A stretch of DNA of 64,000 bases from an uncultured Actinomycetota bacterium (GTDB lineage: Bacteria; Actinomycetota; Actinomycetes; Mycobacteriales; CADCTP01), in the NCBI GenBank assembly GCA_963770145.1, contig CAVYOJ010000002.1, positions 180,848 through 244,847 on the forward strand, given 5' to 3'. Shown in pieces: positions 9,812 to 19,080 of this stretch. The number at the start of each line of letters is the position of its first letter. Within the stretch, counting starts at the first letter, position 1. The notes beneath the pieces are model-generated. The model had not been told where the DNA came from and searched no databases. It was given only the letters and a program-made list of their open reading frames with translations. Both the position numbers and the translations under genes were made by a program.

Positions 9812-10878
9812 GCGCCGGACGCCCGATGCGCAGCACGGCTCCTCTCACGTCACGGTCGATCGACCCCGAGCCGTCGGCGGGCGCGCTGCCGTGCGCCGGC
9901 CGACCGCCCCCGGAGCCGGTCCAGTGCTGGACCGTACCGGGCGGATGGGCCGGCGGTGCAAGCCGCGTGCGCCAGGTAGCGGCCGTGCCGAGCCGGGCGG
10001 CACGAACCGGACCCAGCCCGTCGTCGCGCTGCCGCCGCGATCCGCCGAGCTCGTCCCGGCGCCGCCGCAGCTCGTCCTCGTCCAGCCCCACCAGGGACAA
10101 CGCGGTCCGGTCGCGGCGCCGGCCGATCACCGTCACCGCCGCGACCGCCGCACCCGCGGCAGCCACCGTGCCCGCTTCGATCACGCCGATGTCGCGTCCG
10201 GAACCGGACGTGGCCCATTCCTGCCAGCCGTCGACACCTGCGGTCGGCTGCCCCGCGTCGCCGCCCAGCGCACCGGCAAAAGGCACGTCGTGCGTGGACG
10301 TGTAGCGCATGTCGGCGACCGAGTCGCCCCAGCCGTCGGGCGTCGAGACGAACCCGTCCGGGTCGTCGAGCTGGTGCTCGGTGTCGACGCGCACGGCGAG
10401 GTCGGTGCCGGCGCCGGCCGGCGGCAGCGTCGGCGCGTCGGCCTGGGCCCGGGCCAGCCGCTCGGCCGCGAGCCGCCCGGCCGCGTCGACGTCGGCGGTC
10501 GCCCGGGCCAGCAGCGCATCGGCCGACTGCCGGTCGGCGGCGGCCGTCTCGGGGGTGGAGCGCTCGACCATCCGGACGGCGCCGGCGGCCGTCGACCGCG
10601 CGTCCCGCAGCGCCCGCGCGTAGTCCCGCAGCGCCTCCGCGGCGGCTGCCGAACGCCTCCGCCGCCCGGGCCAGCCGATCGGGCACGTCGCCGATGGCGC
10701 CCCGGTAGAGCTCGGCCGCCTCGCCGGCCCACACGTCGGCGTCGAGCGTGTGCAGCTTGCCGGCGGCGTCGCCGGCGCTGCTGGCGACCCGGGTCAGCCG
10801 GGCCGCGACCTGCTCGACCGCGTCGGGATCGCCGGGGATCAGCTCGGCCGGGTCGGCGCCCGGCGTCACCCCGGTCAC
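9798..10878 (-). CDS. putative T7SS-secreted protein (N-terminal T7SS-signal/WXG-like helical domain, central TM-like segment); frame interrupted near 10645
   Basis: GTG at 10878 forms a GTGA overlap with the upstream stop. The N-terminus MTGVTPGADPAELIPGDPDAVEQVAARL...DADVWAGEAAELYRGAI contains a W-x-G motif. The protein continues as AAAEALRDYARALRDARSTAAGAVRMVERS... in ORF 9798..10571(-). A hydrophobic stretch reads GVIEAGTVAAAGAAVAAVTVIG. Confidence 0.65.
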
Positions 10879-11180
10879 GCCGGCCCTCCGTCGGCGCCGC
10901 GGCCGAGGTGACCGCGCAGCCGCTGCTCGGCATGCTGGTATTCGCTGGCGGCGGTGTGCAGCTTGCCGCCGAGCCAGGCTGCCCGCTCGGACACGCCGCG
11001 CAGGCTCAGGCTCCAGGCGTCGAGGAAGGCCTCCGCCGACCGGCTGACCGGGTCGGAACCGGCCCGGCTGACCTGGTCGGTGATCTCACCGCGGGACGCG
11101 TCGAGCGCCCGGGAGACCTCGGCCACGTCGCGCAGCGCGCGCGTGCTGGTCGTCAGCAGCTCCGGCTGGACGCGCAGCAT
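10875..11180 (-). CDS. EspC/WXG100-like small helical protein (type VII secretion-associated)
   Basis: ATG at 11180 lies inside ORF 10875..11546(-). The 101-aa product starts MLRVQPELLTTSTRALRDVAEV... and resembles the EspC (DUF2580) family. A TGATG overlap links it to the upstream gene. Confidence 0.6.
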   Translation of the reverse strand: MLRVQPELLTTSTRALRDVAEVSRALDASRGEITDQVSRAGSDPVSRSAEAFLDAWSLSLRGVSERAAWLGGKLHTAASEYQHAEQRLRGHLGRGADGGPA

Positions 11181-11546
11181 CAGGCGGTCACCGCCCCGAG
11201 CGAGATCGTCGCGCGCACGCCGGCCGCGCCAGGGTGCAGCCGCAGCGGATGCTGGCCGGCGATGTCGAGGACGAGGTCGTAGCCGGTCGGCAGCTGGGCC
11301 AGCAGGTCGGCGCCCGTCATCGAGAACCAGCCGACCGTGCCGCGGGCCAGCGCGAGCTGCTCGACCGAGCTGAAGACCGGCACGACGCCGGCGTCCGGCA
11401 CACCCAGGGCCCGGAAGCCGGGGTCGGCGCCGCGCTCGCAGTAGACGGTCGCGGCGAGGAAGCACCTCATGCAGCCGCCGCGAGTCGGCGACACCCAGCG
11501 CGACGTCGCGCGCGGTGTCGGCGAGACTCGGTGCATGTGCAAGCAC
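11180..11546 (-). CDS. SseB-family N-terminal-domain-only protein; frame interrupted near 11455
   Basis: VLAHAPSLADTARDVALGVADSRRLHEV (frame of ORF 10875..11546) joins LLAATVYCERGADPGFRALGVPDAGVVPVFSSVEQLALARG...LVLDIAGQHPLRL (frame ending at 11180). This is the typical SseB N-domain pattern. Confidence 0.5.
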
Positions 11547-11581
11547 GTGCTCAGCATAGGGGGTGGGACATAAAAAGCAAA
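11544..11581 (-). promoter_or_regulatory. putative promoter giving a leaderless transcript of the T7SS-associated operon
   Basis: On the minus strand the arrangement is TTTGCT, 17 nt, TATGCT, GAGCAC, then GTG at 11546. It lies in the only AT-richer stretch of this divergent intergenic region. No Shine-Dalgarno precedes the GTG. Confidence 0.3.
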
Positions 11582-11597
11582 GGGGGCAGACAGTACG

Positions 11598-12278
11598 AAT
11601 GGGACGTCCTGCTGGCCGTCGCCCACGGTACCCGCAACCCGGTCGGCGTTGACGCAGTGTTGCATATAATTGACGCTCTGCGCAGGTCTTCTCCGTCGCT
11701 GGAGGTCAGGACGGCGTTCATCGAGCTCGCCGAGCCGGACGTGCGCACCGCGCTGGCCGGCATACCGGCGGACCGGCGGGCGGTGCTGGTTCCGCTGCTG
11801 CTGGCGTCGGGTTACCACGACCGGGTGGATCTGCCCGCGGCGATCGCGGCCGCCCGCCCGGCGACCGCGCACGCGCCGGTGCTCGGGCCGGACCCACGGC
11901 TGGCGGTCGCGCTGGCCGATCGACTCCGCGAAGCGGGCCGGCGCCCGGGCGATGCGGTCGTGCTGGCCGCCGCCGGCTCCTCCGACCCGGCCGCGATCGC
12001 GTCGGTGCGCACCCAGGCCGGCCTGCTCGCGACCGAGCTCGGCACCGCGGTGACCGTCGGGTTCGGCTCGGCCGCGGCCCCGGACGTGCCGGCCGCGGTG
12101 GCCGCGGCCCGGGCGGCCGGAGCGGACCGGGTGGCGATCGCGCCGTACCTGCTCGCGCCCGGCCACTTCGCCGACCGGCTCGCCGCCGCCGGACGCGGAC
12201 CTGGTGGCCGAGCCACTGGGCTCGCATCCCGCGGTGGTCGAGCTGGTGCTGGACCGGGCCTCGTCAACCCCGGGTTGA
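11598..12278 (+). CDS. sirohydrochlorin chelatase (CbiX-type); frame interrupted right after the ATG and near 12195
   Basis: DVLLAVAHGTRNP..., LLLASGYH, VVLAAAGSSDP and APYLLAPGHF are all present. ATG 11598 becomes in frame if one G of the GGG run is removed. The C-terminus DLVAEPLGSHPAVVELVLDRASSTPG* ends at TGA 12276-12278 in a shifted frame. Confidence 0.72.
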
Positions 12279-12310
12279 CGCTCTCGGACCCGTCAACCTA
12301 CGGTTGACGC
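12263..12310 (+). promoter_or_regulatory. two identical palindromes GTCAACC-N3-GGTTGAC overlapping a putative leaderless promoter
   Basis: Palindrome 1 is at 12263..12279 and palindrome 2 at 12292..12308. TTGACG (12275-12280), an 18-nt spacer, TACGGT (12299-12304) and 6 nt lead to ATG 12311. Confidence 0.4.
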
Positions 12311-13043
12311 ATGACCGAGTCCACTCCACTGCCCGTACGCCTCGACGACCTCATCGCCACGGTGCGCGCCGCGCACCCGGACGGCGACCCGCTCACCCAC
12401 CTCTCCGACGCCGTGCTCGTCGCCGAGCAGCTCACCGACAACGCCGACCACCTGGTCGGGCACTTCGTCGACCAGGCCCGCCGGGCCGGCGCGTCCTGGA
12501 CCGACATCGGCCGCAGCATGGGCGTGACCAAGCAGGCCGCGCAGAAGCGGTTCGTGCCGCGCAGCTCGCCGCGACGTGCCGGAGCTCGGCAACTGGTCCC
12601 GGTTCACCGACCGGGCCCGCACCGCCCTGGCCAGCGCCCAGCGGCTGGCCGGGGCCGCCCAGTTCGAGGAGGTGCAGCCCGGACACATCCTGCTCGGTCT
12701 GCTCGCCGACCCCGAGGGGCTGGCCGCCAGGGCGCTGGCCGCGCAGGCACCGCCGGACCGGATCGGTGCCGCGGTCGCGTCCACGCTGGGCACCGGCGGA
12801 GCACGACCACCAGGCGAGACCGTGCCGTTCTCGCCCGCTGCCCGCCGGGTGCTCGCGATCACTCTCCGGGAGGCGCTCCGGCTCGGCCACAACTACGTCG
12901 GCACCGAGCACATCCTGCTCGCCCTGATGCAGGAGGAGGGACCGCTGATCGAGGCGCTGGCCGGCGTCGGCGTGACCCGGGAGCGGACCGAGGAGCTGAT
13001 CCTGCAGACCATCGAGGAGATCAAGCAACGCCTGCGGGGATGA
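12311..13043 (+). CDS. Clp protease N-terminal (Clp_N repeat) domain-containing protein; frame interrupted near 12565
   Basis: ORF 12311.. starts MTESTPLPVRLDDLIATV...GVTKQAAQKRFVPR and joins ORF 12576..13043. That ORF has two Clp_N repeats (PGHILLGLLADPEG, HNYVGTEHILLALMQEEG). Confidence 0.8.
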
Positions 13044-13081
13044 CCGATGCGGGCAGGGTCCGGCGAATCGCTTGCGGGAGG

Positions 13082-13120
13082 TTACCGGCGGGTAATACCG
13101 TGGGGTTACTGACGAGTAGC
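13082..13120 (+). promoter_or_regulatory. possible operator palindromes upstream of the acyl-CoA dehydrogenase gene
   Basis: TTACCggcgGGTAA lies at 13082..13095 and GTTACTgacgAGTAGC at 13105..13120, 30-65 nt upstream of ATG 13149. They have TetR/FadR-type operator-like symmetry. No regulator gene is adjacent. Confidence 0.25.
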
Positions 13121-13148
13121 CGCATGGTCGAACGGAGCTCCCTCGGCA

Positions 13149-14975
13149 ATGGGTCACTACAAGAGCAACCTCCGGGACATCGAGTTCACCCTCTTCGAGC
13201 TGCTGCGCATTCAGGACCGCCTGGGCACCGGGCCGTTCGACGAGGTCGACGAGGACACCGCGCGCGGGATCCTCACCGAGGTGGAGCGGCTGGCCTCCGG
13301 CCCGGTGGCCGAGTCGCTGCCCGACTCCGACCGCAACCCGCCGGTGTTCGACCCGCAGACCCACTCGGCCCGGCTCCCGGAGTCGTTCAAGAAGTCGTTC
13401 CGGGCCTACATGGACGCCGAGTGGTGGCGGATGCAGATCCCGGCCGAGCTCGGTGGGACGGTCGTGCCGGCCTCGCTGCGGTGGGCGGCCGAGGAGATGG
13501 TCCTCGGCGCCAACCCGGCCGTGCACATGTACGCGTCCGGCATGTCGTTCTCGACACTGCTCTTCTTCCTCGGCACCGAGGAGCAGAAGAAGTGGGCCCG
13601 GCTGATGGTGGACAAGCGGTGGGGCTCGACGATGATCCTCACCGAGCCGGACGCGGGCTCCGACGTCGGCGCGGGGCGGACGCGGGCGATCGAGCAGCCC
13701 GACGGCTCCTGGCACATCGAGGGCGTGAAGCGGTTCATCACGTCGGCCGACCACGACCTGACCGACAACATCGTGCACTTCGTGCTGGCCCGGCCCGAGG
13801 GCGCCGGACCGGGCACCAAGGGGCTGTCGATGTTCATGGTGCCGAAGTTCCACGCCGACCTCGAGACCGGCGAGCTGGGCGAGCGCAACGGCGTGTTCGT
13901 GACCAACGTCGAGAAGAAGATGGGCCTCAAGGTCTCCACCACCTGCGAGGTGCGCTTCGGTGAGGACCCGGCCCGGCCGGCGGTCGGCTGGCTGGTCGGC
14001 GGCGTGCACGACGGCATCCGCCAGATGTTCAAGATCATCGAGAACGCGCGGATGATGGTCGGCACCAAGGCGATCGCGACGCTGTCGACCGGCTACCTCA
14101 ACGCGCTGGACTTCGCCAGGACCAGGGTCCAGTCGGCCGACCTCACGCAGATGACCGACAAGACCGCGCCGCGGGTGACGATCCTGCACCACCCGGACGT
14201 GCGCCGGATGCTCATGCTCCAGAAGGCGTACGCGGAGGGGATGCGGGCGCTGGCCCTCTACACCGCGACCCAGCAGGACGCGCTCATGGCCGACCCGGCC
14301 GACGAGGCGCGGCCCGGCTCAACGACCTGCTGCTGCCGCTGGTCAAGGGTCTCGGCTCGGAGCGGTCGTACGAGCTGCTGTCGCAGTCGCTGCAGGTCTT
14401 CGGCGGCTCCGGCTACCTGCAGGACTACCCGATCGAGCAATACCTGCGGGACTCGAAGATCGACACCCTGTACGAGGGGACCACGTCGATCCAGGGCCTC
14501 GACCTGTTCTTCCGCAAGATCGTCCGGGACAAGGGGGCGGCGCTGACCGCGCTGGCCACCGAGATCGGCACGTTCGCGGGCGGCGAGGCCGGCAACGGGC
14601 GGCTGAAGGAGGAGCGGGCGGCGCTCGCGGCCGCGCTGGCCGACGTGCAGGCGATGGTCGGCGGCGATGGTCGGCTACCTGATGTCCGCGCAGGAGGACG
14701 TCCGGCAGGTCTACAAGGTCGGCCAGAACACGACCCGGCTGCTGCTCTCGCTCGGCGACCTGGTCGTCGGCTGGCTGCTGGTGCGCTCGGCCGCGGTCGC
14801 GACCGACGCGCTCGACGACGGGACCGCGTCCGAGCGCGACCGGGCGTTCTACGAGGGCAAGATCGCGGCGGCCCGGTTCTTCGCCACCTCCGTGCTGCCC
14901 GAGCTGGCCGCCCGGCGGAAGATCGTCGAGACCACCGACAACGCGCTGATGGACGTGCCGGAGGAGAGCTTCTAG
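13149..14975 (+). CDS. long-type acyl-CoA dehydrogenase (FadE-like, about 608 aa); frame interrupted near 14310 and at 14663
   Basis: ORF 13149.. carries [24 protein letters not shown] and [11 protein letters not shown]. It continues as [63 protein letters not shown] 14667..14975 then follows. The second break is an extra G in GCGATGGTCGGC-G-GCGATGGTCGGC. Confidence 0.9.
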
Positions 14976-15056
14976 AAATCTCCGGCGCGATGTCGAGAAC
15001 CAGCCGACCCGCGCGACGCGTTGTCGTACGACACACACGACGCGAGGAGACGGACC

Positions 15057-15434
15057 ATGCGGGCTCTCATACTGCTGAAGATGAGCGAGCAGGTCGGCGA
15101 GCCGCCGGAGTCGCTGTTCCGGCGATGGACGAGACGATCAAGGAGATCGAGAAGACGACCACGATCGTCGACACCAACGGGCTGCTGCCGACCGCGGACG
15201 CCGCCACGAAGATCCGGGTCACCGACGGCAAGACCACCGTGCTGGACGGCCCGTTCGCCGAGTCCCGCGAGCTGGTCGGCGGGTACGCGCTGGTCGAGGT
15301 CGACACGTACGAGCAGGCCGTCGAGGCGGCCCGCAAGATCATCCAGGTGCACGCCGACCACTGGCCGACCTGGGAGGGCGAGGCCGAGGTGCGGCAGGTC
15401 ATGGGCTCGGACACGCCGGCGGCTACGCTTGCGG
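15057..15434 (+). CDS. YciI-family (DGPF domain) protein; frame interrupted near 15118, 3' end uncertain
   Basis: An RBS GAGGAGA precedes ATG 15057. [21 protein letters not shown] joins [11 protein letters not shown]...[27 protein letters not shown]. No in-frame stop occurs before the sigma gene, so another indel is likely near 15420. Confidence 0.65.
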
Positions 15435-16686
15435 ATGCCGTCCCTGCCCGGTCTGATCGGGCGGGTGACGGCTCCCGAGGTGGTCAGCAGGATCTGGAAG
15501 ACCGAGGCCGCCCGGCTGGTCGCCGGGCTGACCCGGATGACCCAGGACCTCGGACTGGCCGAGGACCTGGCTCAGGACGCGCTGGTCGCGGCCCTGGAGC
15601 AGTGGCCGGAGTCCGGCGTGCCGGACAACCCGGGTGCCTGGCTCATGGCGGTCTCCAAGCGCCGCGCGATCGACCACTTCCGCCGCTCGGAGCGGTTCCG
15701 GTCGGTGGCGCCCTATCTCGCCGCGGAGGCGGTTGTGCCGGACCTCAGCGCCGATCTTGCTGCCGCCGTCGACCACATCGAGGACGACGTACTGCGGCTG
15801 ATGTTCATGTCCTGCCATCCCGTGCTCACCAAGGAGTCGCGGGTGGCGCTGACGCTGCGGCTGGTCGGCGGGCTGTCCACCCGGGAGATCGCCCGCGCGT
15901 ACCTGTCCGGCGAGGCCACGGTCGCGCAGCGGATCAGCCGGGCCAAGCGGACGATCGCCGAGGCCGGCGTGCCGTTCGAGGTGCCGTCCGGGCCGGAGCG
16001 GCCGGAGCGGCTGGCCTCGGTGCTCGAGGTCGTCTACCTGATCTTCAACGAGGGCTACGCGGCGACCAGCGGGGACGACTGGGTCCGGCCGGCGCTCAGC
16101 GACGAGGCGCTGCGGCTCGGCCGGCTGCTGGCGTCACTGGCGCCGCGGGAGCCGGAGGTGCACGGGCTGCTCGCGCTGATGCAGCTGCAGGCGTCCCGGT
16201 CGGCGGCCCGGATCGGTCCGTCCGGCGAGGCGGTGCTGCTGCGCGACCAGGACCGCGGCCGGTGGGACCGCGAGCTGATCGCGGCCGGGCTGGAGTCGCT
16301 GCGCCGCGCCGGGCGCGGGCCGTACGGGCTGCAGGCGGCGATCGCGGCCTGCCACGCGGTCGCGCCGTCGGTGGACGGAGACCGACTGGGTCCGGATCGC
16401 CTCGCTCTACACCGAGCTGGCGGTCGTCACCGGGTCGCCGGTGGTGGAGCTGAACCGGGCCGTCGCGGTGGCCCAGGCGTACGGGCCGGCGGCCGGGCTG
16501 GAGATCGTCGACGGGCTGCGCGAGCACCGGGCGCTGCGCGACTACCACCTGCTGCCCAGCGTCCGCGGCGAGCTGCTCAGCTCGCTCGGGCGCGCCGACG
16601 AGGCCAGGGCCGAGTACGCCCGGGCGGCGGAGCTGGCCACCAACGAGCAGGAGCGCGCCCTGCTCCGCCGCCGCGCCGGTTCGTGA
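15435..16686 (+). CDS. ECF-type RNA polymerase sigma factor with long C-terminal (DUF6596/TPR-like) domain, the YciI-associated type; frame interrupted near 16377
   Basis: Region 2 reads [17 protein letters not shown]...[19 protein letters not shown] and region 4 reads [28 protein letters not shown]. The C-terminus continues in ORF 16441..16686 (junction SVDE|[13 protein letters not shown], extra G). Confidence 0.85.
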
Positions 16687-16690
16687 GGCG

Positions 16691-16777
16691 CCAGGACCTG
16701 ACCGGGGCTAAAGGACTTGACCGGCGCCAGGACTCGACCGACGCCAGGACCTGACCGGCGCTAGGACTTGACCGGCC
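16691..16777. repeat. 17-bp tandem repeat, 5 copies (consensus CCAGGACYTGACCGGCG)
   Basis: The copies are CCAGGACCTGACCGGGG, CTAAAGGACTTGACCGGCG, CCAGGACTCGACCGACG, CCAGGACCTGACCGGCG and CTAGGACTTGACCGGCC. The array sits between convergent genes, and the last copy contains the TAG and last codons (PVKS*) of the minus-strand gene. Confidence 0.8.
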
Positions 16778-17981
16778 AGAGGCGGGTGGTGCCGACGGCG
16801 AGGTCGAGGTGGAAGGCGGAGATCGCGCCGGCGGGGGCGAACGCCTCGAGCGCGGCGCGGCTGAGGCCGGCGGCGGCCGCGGCGCCGGCCAGCTCGCGCC
16901 GGGCGGCCTCGGAGTCGACGCTGTCCTCGACGGCGAGGCAGTAGACCTTCAGGCCCCTCGTCGGTGACCCCGCGCAGGAGCGCGATCGCGCCGGGCCTCG
17001 CCTTGGCGAACTCGACCAGCGCGGCGTCCTGTCCGTCCGGCTGCGGCTCGCCCTTGCCGACCGCGGTGCCGCGGTCGATGCCGACGAGCGTGAAGCCGTC
17101 GACGTTGACGTCGCCCCGGGCGTCCTCGGTGTCCCGGGTCGGTGGTGGGCCCTGGTCGACCACGACCGGGAGGTCGGGCGGCTGCAGGGTGCCGCCGGCC
17201 GGACGGGCCGGCTCGGGCTGGGCCCGCTCGGCCCGGCGGGTCCAGATCCGGGTGGAGGCGCGGCTGAGCCGCAAGTGCATCGGGTCGAGGCCGCGGGCCG
17301 GCGCGAACGGCTCGACCGGCGCGGGCGCCGACGCGCGCACCTCGTCCGGGTCGGCCTCGCCGTCGAGCGGCGACGCCGACCACCAGCCGGTCGTCGCCGG
17401 TGTACGCGGTGACCAGGCCGACGACGCCGGGCCGACCGCTCGCCCAGTCCACCAGGGCGGCGAGCATCGCGCCGTGCTCCGGGTCGTCCGCCGGCGGCCC
17501 GGCCCGGAACTCCGCGTCGTCGGGGAGGCGGTCGGCCGGCCGTGCGGCGGGCCAGAGCTGGTGGCAGCGGGCTTCCAGCCAGCGGTGCGCGTCGGTGACG
17601 TCCGCCGCGGCGAGCACCTCGACGCAGCAGCGGGCCGCGCCGGACTTCTGCAGGATGTCGACCAGCGCGGTCCGCTCGGACTCGACGTCGGCGATCGAGC
17701 CGCGGCTGACGTAGCCGAGCAGGACCCGGACCCAGCCGCCGGCCGGGTCGTGCACCCAGGTCCGGAACAGCGCGGCGGTCCGCGCGGCTCTGCTCGGCGT
17801 GCGCCTGGAGCGCGGCGTCGACCGGGTCGTCCTGCTCGGAGCCGGAGTCGAAGTCCCACTGCAGGTTCGCCGCGATCAGCTCGAACGGAGCCCCGGGCGC
17901 GTCCGCCGGCCCCGTCGCCTGCCCCGGCCAGTGGCGCATGCTCCGAGACGTCCTGGTGGGCTCCTCGGGGACGACGCTCAC
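16761..17981 (-). CDS. hypothetical protein with repeated alpha/beta-like modules. The frame is interrupted about 3 times (near 17770, 17370, 16955) and the start is uncertain (GTG 17981 or ATG 17939).
   Basis: Reconstructed from three minus frames: ...FELIAANLQWDFDSGSEQDDPVDAALQAHAEQSRA | ARTAALFRTWVHDPAGGWVRVLLGYVSRGSIADVESERTALVDILQKSG...TGDDRLVV | ASPLDGEADPDEV...AALVEFAKARPGAIALLRGVTDEG | LKVYCLAVEDSVDSEAARRELAG...TTRLWPVKS*. GC3 is high in the chosen frames. I recognise no family. Confidence 0.4.
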   Translation of the reverse strand: MSVVPEEPTRTSRSMRHWPGQATGPADAPGAPFELIAANLQWDFDSGSEQDDPVDAALQAHAEQSRADRRAVPDLGARPGRRLGPGPARLRQPRLDRRRRVRADRAGRHPAEVRRGPLLRRGARRGGRHRRAPLAGSPLPPALARRTAGRPPPRRRGVPGRAAGGRPGARRDARRPGGLGERSARRRRPGHRVHRRRPAGGRRRRSTARPTRTRCARRRPRRSSRSRRPAASTRCTCGSAAPPPGSGPAGPSGPSPSRPVRPAAPCSRPTSRSWSTRAHHRPGTPRTPGATSTSTASRSSASTAAPRSARASRSRTDRTPRWSSSPRRGPARSRSCAGSPTRGLKVYCLAVEDSVDSEAARRELAGAAAAAGLSRAALEAFAPAGAISAFHLDLAVGTTRLWPVKS

Positions 17982-17989
17982 CGCGCGGA

Positions 17990-19035
17990 TCACGAGCCAC
18001 CCGCCCGGAGACCACCTCCCGGCCGGAGACCACCTCCGGCTCCGGAGACCACCCCAGCGGAGGGCCCGACCGCCTCCGGCTCGGACGCAGCCGGCGGCTC
18101 GGGAGGTCGGCTCGGACTCGGCGGCCGTCCGTGGGTACGGGGAGCCGGTTCCGGCTCGGCGCGGGCAGGGTCGGCCAGACCTCGGTGGCGACCTCGGCGA
18201 CGGCGGCCTGGCGGGCGTCCGCGAGCGCGGGGTCCGCCGGTACCGGCACGACCACGCAGCACGCCCCGGCCGCCGCCACGGTCGCCGACAGCGCCCCGGC
18301 CACCGCGACCAGGTCGACCGGCCCGGCGAGCACCGGCACGTACACCCGGACCGGTCCGCCGGCCCCGCCGCGGAAGTCCTCCCAGGCCCGGCGCAGCTCC
18401 CGCACGCCGTCCACAGTGGACACCGCGGTGCCGGCGGCGAGGTCGACCTCGTCCACCGGACCCCCGGACAGCGCCGACCGGGCCGAGACCGCGGTCCCGG
18501 CCGACGGCTCCTCGGCGTCCCAGCCGGCCAGCTCGGCGTACCGCGCGCCGGCCGCGTCGAGCCGGGCCCGCAGCGCCGCCAGCCCGAGCGTGTCGTCCTG
18601 CAGCACCAGGTGGAACGGGACCGGCTCGCCCTCCTCGGCCCGCGCCCGGGCGACCTCGCGCACCACCTCGACCAGCCCGCGCAGCTCGTCCGGCGGCGCG
18701 GCCGCGAGCAGCAGCGAGGACCGGCTGACCACCAGCACGTGCCCGGCGCCGGGCAGCCAGGACATGTCGGTGAGTAGCGCGGCCAGCCCGGCCCAGTCCT
18801 CCACGGGGTCACCGGGCAACTGCAGCGCCGCCCCCACCTCGTCCAGCAGCCCGTACGTCGACCGTCCACAGTGGCCGCGCAGGTGCCGGACCACGATCCC
18901 GTCCTGGCCGAGCAGCCAGCCGAGCTGGCGGGCGTCGGCGGGCGCGGCGTCGAGCAGGTGGATCCAGGGACCGGTGGGCCGGGCCAGCCGGGCCAGCTCC
19001 GCTTCCGGCCCGGCCGGGGACGGGACGACTCTCAC
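17990..19035 (-). CDS. barstar-like domain protein with long C-terminal extension. The 3' end is uncertain and it may be fused to the next gene.
   Basis: GTG at 19035. IHLLDAAPADARQLGWLLGQDGIVVRHLRGHCGRSTYGLLDEVGAALQLPGDPVEDWAGLAALLTDMSWLPGAGHVLVV fits the barstar (barnase-inhibitor) pattern. The frame stays open past 17990. The only nearby stop (TGA 17990-17992) is in a shifted frame. An 18-nt coding repeat (EVVSGR x2-3) lies at 18003..18055. Confidence 0.45.
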
Positions 19036-19080
19036 CCGGGCATTCTCACAGAAATGCCGTCAGCGGAAAGCCGGCCGGCC

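Noticed and set aside
19039-19058. Hairpin GGCATT-N8-AATGCC between sthA and the barstar-like gene as a terminator
   Set aside because: The stem is only 6 bp and AT-containing, and the gap is 45 nt. That is too weak to call. The two genes may be co-transcribed.
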